Shown piece by piece: positions 59,247 to 64,000 of a stretch of DNA of 64,000 nucleotides. The position numbers and the translations under genes are program-made. A model generated the notes under the pieces. The model was not told the origin of the DNA. It saw only the letters and a program-made list of their open reading frames with translations, and made no database searches. Numbering within the stretch: the stretch's first letter is position 1; each line of letters starts with the position of its first letter. Location of the stretch: NCBI GenBank assembly GCA_020536535.1, contig JAHLWZ010000530.1, forward strand, positions 1 to 64,000, read 5' to 3'. This DNA is from Pelomyxa schiedti. Taxonomy: Eukaryota; Protista; Evosea.

Positions 59247-61682
59247 CTAGAGGTACCTAAGACTGTGGTGAAGTGTTCTTGTGCCAGAAATTGGAATGCA
59301 TTGCGTGTCGCCCTTTGTGGTCACTTCTGCAGAAGAGAAGTCTGCAGCAAAGTGAACTGTCATCATGTGCTCATCCTTGGGAATGTAGTCTGGGGCTTTG
59401 CAACGGAAGTCTACAGCAAACCAGTCACGCAATTTCAGAATTTGGTAAGCCCCTTCTGTGAATCTCTTACGGTGTCCTCAATACCTGGTTTTTTTTTAGG
59501 ATGTCTTTCACTTTTAAAGGGAAGCAGGTACCTGTGCCCTCCCTGAGTACCTCGATGCCCCATTTCACTTTGTCCGCAAAAAGGTCAATGTAGCCAGTGC
59601 CGTGCGTCCCAAAGCATCCAACATTGCTGCTTACATAGATGTTAGTTGGCAGATGCATCACCAAAGCACGGTAAAGTTCTGAAACGTAGCAACTCTCGCA
59701 AGGGTACCCATCCTCTGAGTAAGTTAGTATAGCAGATCTTCCTTGCATAACTTATAGACGTACGGAACCATCGAGGGAGGATATCGCCTTCAGCAATAAT
59801 TCTTTCAGGGACGTTGGATCCACGACTCGCAAATTGGGAATCTCAAGCAATTTCCTAATGTCTAGAAAAATTGTTAAAACAGAGAACCAACACACAACGC
59901 GTACATATAGACTCTATAAGAGGGGATGCAAAAGCAAATTTAGCAGAGGAATCCCCAGACTGTGAATAAATAACTCCAGTTTTAAGCAGTTGCGACATCA
60001 ACACCCCTGGAAGGGAGGTGCTACCTACAGAACTGGGGTTCATAACCAGATTGCTCAAGAACCGTATAATCGCCTCTTCTTCTTCTACGGAACAGTTGAA
60101 CTCATGGAAAACAGAAAAGAAGAGGTTTGGAACTGCTCTGGTATTCTCACATTTCCATCGCACATTATCTGGAACTGTTAATCATTGGGGGAAAAAAGGA
60201 GGTATTGAACCAGAAACCAAGATCTCCATAACTTCACTGTCTGGAGTCTCCCGAGAGAAGGTTTGAAAAAGAAACGACAAAGTTGTAGCTGAGAACCCCA
60301 CATGAAGGCCAACGCGTTGTGCAATTGCTTCAGCAACTCCTGCACTCACTCTGAAAGAACCAGTGCTATTACTATTCATACTCGCAACAAACTCATCAAA
60401 TTCCTCCTGTTTCCTATGTGACAAAGTGTTTCAGATAGAGAGTGAAAATCACCTTGCGGAAGAGAAGAAACTTGGCATCCAAGTGGCAGTCCTCGAAGTG
60501 TACAGGTGTGTATCGGGAGCTTTGGCAGTATCCTTGAAATTCCCCAGAGGCTGCGAAGAGTACAATTCGCACTTTGAGGTCTTCAGGTTGACAGTTCTTC
60601 AATTGTTTGATTAATGCCCAGAACGCGCTATTGGGATCGTCGTAAGCGATTTGAACCTAGAGAAAGTTTATTAGTCCTTGTCCAGTGGTATGTATGATGC
60701 TATACCTCATCCAAAATAAGCACGAAAGGTTGTTCTCGATTATTATCTAGAGAAGATGCCCTAGTTACTTTTTCTGTCCATTCAGCTAGAAACGAGTCCA
60801 GGGGCATGGAAGGAGGCTTCCCAAGCAAAGTAACGAGCTCAACCTGGCAAATAAAGGAAGTTGGTGGATTTCCAACAAACAGCGAAAGAATGGTGATGGG
60901 AGTCAACAGTTTGGGCGTGCACATTACCTCCCATCTCTTTTCTTGAAGTAATAGAGAAAACAGTTGTGAAAGGCTAGTCTTGCCCGAGTACGGAGGTGCC
61001 CGAACCAGAGTAACACAGTGCTCAGTCACAAACTTGAATAACTCAAGGCAAGTTGCGTTTCTTTTGGTGTACGCACATCCAAAGCTAAGCCCTTCAGTCT
61101 GCAGATGTATTGTCAGAGGACCACCTGTGGGTTTCCTTATAGGTTTCATTGAGGTTTCTGTGCTCAAGTTAAAAAAACCAGGGAAAAAAAGAAGTGCTTT
61201 GTTTGACCTGGAACACCAAGCACAGATAAAATCAGAGGGCAGGTGTCAATGCATCCAAGTTTCAGAATAGTATCTTGTGGGGTCATCGCAGCCAGTTTGA
61301 CCGCCACAACCCCCACTTTCCGTGGTGCTGACTCCTGGACTATTTGGATAACTTTTTCCTCGATTGTTTTGGCTTGCGTTGCTTCGTCATGCCTGGTTTG
61401 CTCCAGCCTAATCTTTCGTGTTTCAAACTCCAACATCAGACTTTGTAATAGCTTGCGAGCCGATTCCTTGGCGACTTGGGAATTTTGGTCAGTCGGTGCT
61501 TTCTGGAACGCGCACGCGTCATCATATGCTTTGTTGAGCCGCCACATCAGTGCACGAGCCTCGGGCCGAATAAGACCCTCAAACTCCATCAAGACAACGC
61601 TTTCGTCCCTATCCATTATCTTCACGATCGCGTCCACCATCTCTTGCGTGCTCCTTGACTGAACCGGGGGAATGCTTGCCAT
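59247..61682 (-). CDS. Crinkler-like NTPase + PD-(D/E)XK nuclease protein (possible frameshift near 59476)
   Basis: LVRAPPYSGKTSL, VLILDEVQ and FASPL; REase-like E..YVSELYRAL..GYIDLF..KWGIEVLREG..HRKRF..GAY..WFAVDF. Confidence 0.7.
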
Positions 61683-62690
61683 GACTCTGCTGCGTAACGG
61701 AGATCTTGTTACCTTGAATATTTAAAAAAAATGACCCCGCTGCTCCAGAATAGCCATGAACTCAGTTGAGGATGTAGGATTCTCTCAGACTGCGTGTTGG
61801 TAATGGCGTAGGTCTGTTGATTATTGTCGTCATTAGTTGAACGGAAAATGTGGCGAGGGTTGCGTATGATCAATGCAATCCGCGCCAACAGAAAATGTAC
61901 ACCAAGTTGGTTGGTGTTTCCGGGTGCGTCATCCCGTTGAAGCAGTGGGAAGAGGAGACCATCATTGGGGCATCGAAACTTACTTCGACTTAGTCTTGGG
62001 AGAAGTCATGGACGAAAAGGAATGTTCACAGAATTTTCGTACGAAAATTCCTTTCTGATTGGTTGTGCTTCAAGCTTTACGATAGTGGCCTACAGTCATA
62101 TCTAGATCAAAGGGCGGCTGTTTTTTTGGCCTGTCAAATTCCTGTAAAAACAGCCGCAACAACAACAGTACTCTGCCTCAGTCTGCAGCAACAGATTTGT
62201 CCAGTCTCCGTTTTTTCAAAACGATCAGGAAAGGCTGTTGGTGTCGATGTGGGTGTCGGCACCCACGTATGTGTAGGTGTCGAGCGGCGGTGTTGGGAAC
62301 AACAGCAGCAACAGACCGAGTGAAGGGGTGAAGGTTTACCCAACAGCGCCGGCGCCCACGCCATCAGCTGTGCCACTGAGGCCTACAGCGACGCCAGCCC
62401 CTCACCACCAGGGCTGACCGGACTCCACGTAATACACCTGCACCTAAGACGCCGACGACGCCTACACCTACGCCAACACCGACGCCTTGCCTGCACTGAG
62501 GCCAACACAAACCCACACCAACACCCTCAGAATAACTTGCCCAACACTGACACAAACACACTGAAGAACACACAACACACAACACACACAACAAGAAACA
62601 AGAAACAAGAAACAGAACCCACACTTAACCAGCACACTGTAAAAACAGCCCCCCAGCCACCCCTCAAGTTTTAATAAGGAAAAAAAAAAA

Positions 62691-62718
62691 TAAAACAGCC
62701 ACCTGGGTGGCTGTTTTA
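62691..62718. repeat. Perfect 13-bp inverted repeat (near-palindrome)
   Basis: TAAAACAGCCACC-TG-GGTGGCTGTTTTA. Confidence 0.85.
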
Positions 62719-63353
62719 CCAATGGGGAAAAGCCATTGTTTTTTCACTGTTTTTAACAGGTTTGAGTCTGCAACATGTAGAAAAGGTGGGCAGTTGGTAT
62801 TTCTAAGGGGAAAATTTTTTTGTTTTGTGAAGAACATATGTGGACCCTTGTGAAAAAACAGCTGCCACCTCACACCAAACAAGTGCAAGGTAAATTTTTG
62901 TATTGTTACAGTGCATTATCCTTGTGCAACCTTTCCTTTCTCTTTGATTACTTATCTCCAATTAGTTGTTTGTGTTTTTGGTTTGTTGGTGCCAAGCAGG
63001 AGATGGGGGGTGAGTGGAGGGGAGGGAGGAGAAGAAAGGTTGGTCTGAGCATCTTGGATGGCATTAATGTTGGGAGAGTTTGTGTGCACACTGTGTCTCA
63101 AGTCCTCCACCTTCTTTACCACTGTCTCAATGCCTTGGTTTTTCATTATGATTGCTGTTGATTTCTATGATAATGTTACAATCAACCTGTACCTTGCGCC
63201 TTTGCCCTGTGGTGTTGACAACAAAATTCACAGAAAAAAATTTATCCGTTTTTTCCCCAGGCCCCTCTGCCGAAAACCTACTGAAGGACCCGAAAACCTT
63301 CTTTCAGTAGACTTGACATTCAAGTAACTGTTGAGAATCCACTAAGCGTATGT

Positions 63354-64000
63354 ATGGCGTCAGTCTTGGCTGCCTGTGAGTACCAGCTCGGGGAACAGTA
63401 CTACTGGGGAGACTTCGATATCCCACGAGATGCAGGCAAAGCGGTTGCTTTGTGGGTGCAGGCGGCGCGCCTCGGGTCGCCGTTGGCCATGGTTTCCCTG
63501 GGCTGGTGGTGCTACCACCGCGGCGTCGGGGTCGGCCGCAATCCAGAGGCGGCCGCCGAGCTCTACGCCCACGCCGCCTCTCTTCCCACCTGCCCGCGGG
63601 CAGTGCACTGCCAAGCAACCGCCTGCCTCGGCGTGTGCTCCTTGCGGGGCGAAGGCGCGCCGAGGGACTGGGAGAAGGCCGCACAGCTGCTGCAGCGGGC
63701 TCACGAGAGCATGCAGCTGGTGGCCGAGCAACTGGGAAAGCCTGCCAGGGTGGACACACTTTGCTACGAGAGGCTGGCGCCTTGCAGGCACCTTGGGTGG
63801 TGCTACCTCTGCGGATGCGGGGTGTCGCGGGACCCCGAGAGGGCAGTGTCTCTGTTCAATTATGGGCTCAGTTTTTCGTGGAAGGACTGGGGTTGTGCTA
63901 TTTACCTCGCTCATTGTTACGAAACTGGCGAGGGTGTTGCGAAGGACACTGGCAAAGCACAGGAGCTGTATGGCATGGCACTTAATGCCAAAGATAGTGC
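63354..64000 (+). CDS. Sel1-repeat protein (partial, runs off the window)
   Basis: YQLGEQYYWGDFDIPRDAGKAVALW, AMVSLGWWCYHRGVGVGRNPEAAAELY, LGWCYLCGCGVSRDPERAVSLF and LAHCYETGEGVAKDTGKAQELY. Absent from the ORF track because there is no stop in the window. Confidence 0.85.
   Translation, partial: MASVLAACEYQLGEQYYWGDFDIPRDAGKAVALWVQAARLGSPLAMVSLGWWCYHRGVGVGRNPEAAAELYAHAASLPTCPRAVHCQATACLGVCSLRGEGAPRDWEKAAQLLQRAHESMQLVAEQLGKPARVDTLCYERLAPCRHLGWCYLCGCGVSRDPERAVSLFNYGLSFSWKDWGCAIYLAHCYETGEGVAKDTGKAQELYGMALNAKDS

Noticed and set aside
59478-59480. In-frame TGA in the Crinkler-like gene as Sec or readthrough
   Set aside because: It does not align to a Cys position and is better explained by a 1-bp indel or an alternative acceptor.
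61755-62058. Possible spliced ORF with CGEGCV-TGA
   Set aside because: No family resemblance and no SECIS seen; coding status unsupported.
63304-63985. ORF-track entries 63304-63759(-), 63360-63914(-) and 63452-63985(+)
   Set aside because: Shadows of the Sel1-repeat frame that starts at 63354.
1-64000. tRNA, rRNA, CRISPR arrays or an alternative genetic code
   Set aside because: No cloverleaf, rRNA or regularly spaced repeat-spacer pattern was seen by eye. TAA, TAG and TGA all end ordinary genes, so the TGA at 41268 is specific recoding rather than a code change.

Overview
Gene-dense eukaryotic DNA with many short (~30-140 nt) spliceosomal introns, so the six-frame ORF track fragments or misses most genes. 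All gene models below were spliced by hand (GT..AG, frame continuity) and identified by motif recognition, not database searches. Gene style and lineage-expanded families suggest an amoebozoan protist, probably a Pelomyxa-like archamoeba (inference). About 30 protein genes are present, including a GH93/BNR hydrolase, YhhN, a ZZ-finger carboxylic-acid-reductase-like A-T-R enzyme, an atypical Arf, a bacterial-type cupin, a nucleoside hydrolase, a TALE homeobox gene, F-box-VPS9, Mis12, Med1, Med7, an R-SNARE, NT-C2/DIL, a SMARCAL1-like helicase, a Crinkler-like NTPase-REase and a Sel1-repeat protein. The most notable hidden signals are four. (1) A five-exon SelW/Rdx-type selenoprotein gene (CQVU, TGA at 41268) with a 3'UTR SECIS hairpin. 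(2) A Rho-like GTPase-F-box-Hint/Vint fusion that may self-process. (3) An actin-fragmin kinase-nitrilase-beta-propeller fusion. (4) A Polycomb-like PHD2-EH plus CXXC protein. No rRNA, tRNA or CRISPR array was recognised.
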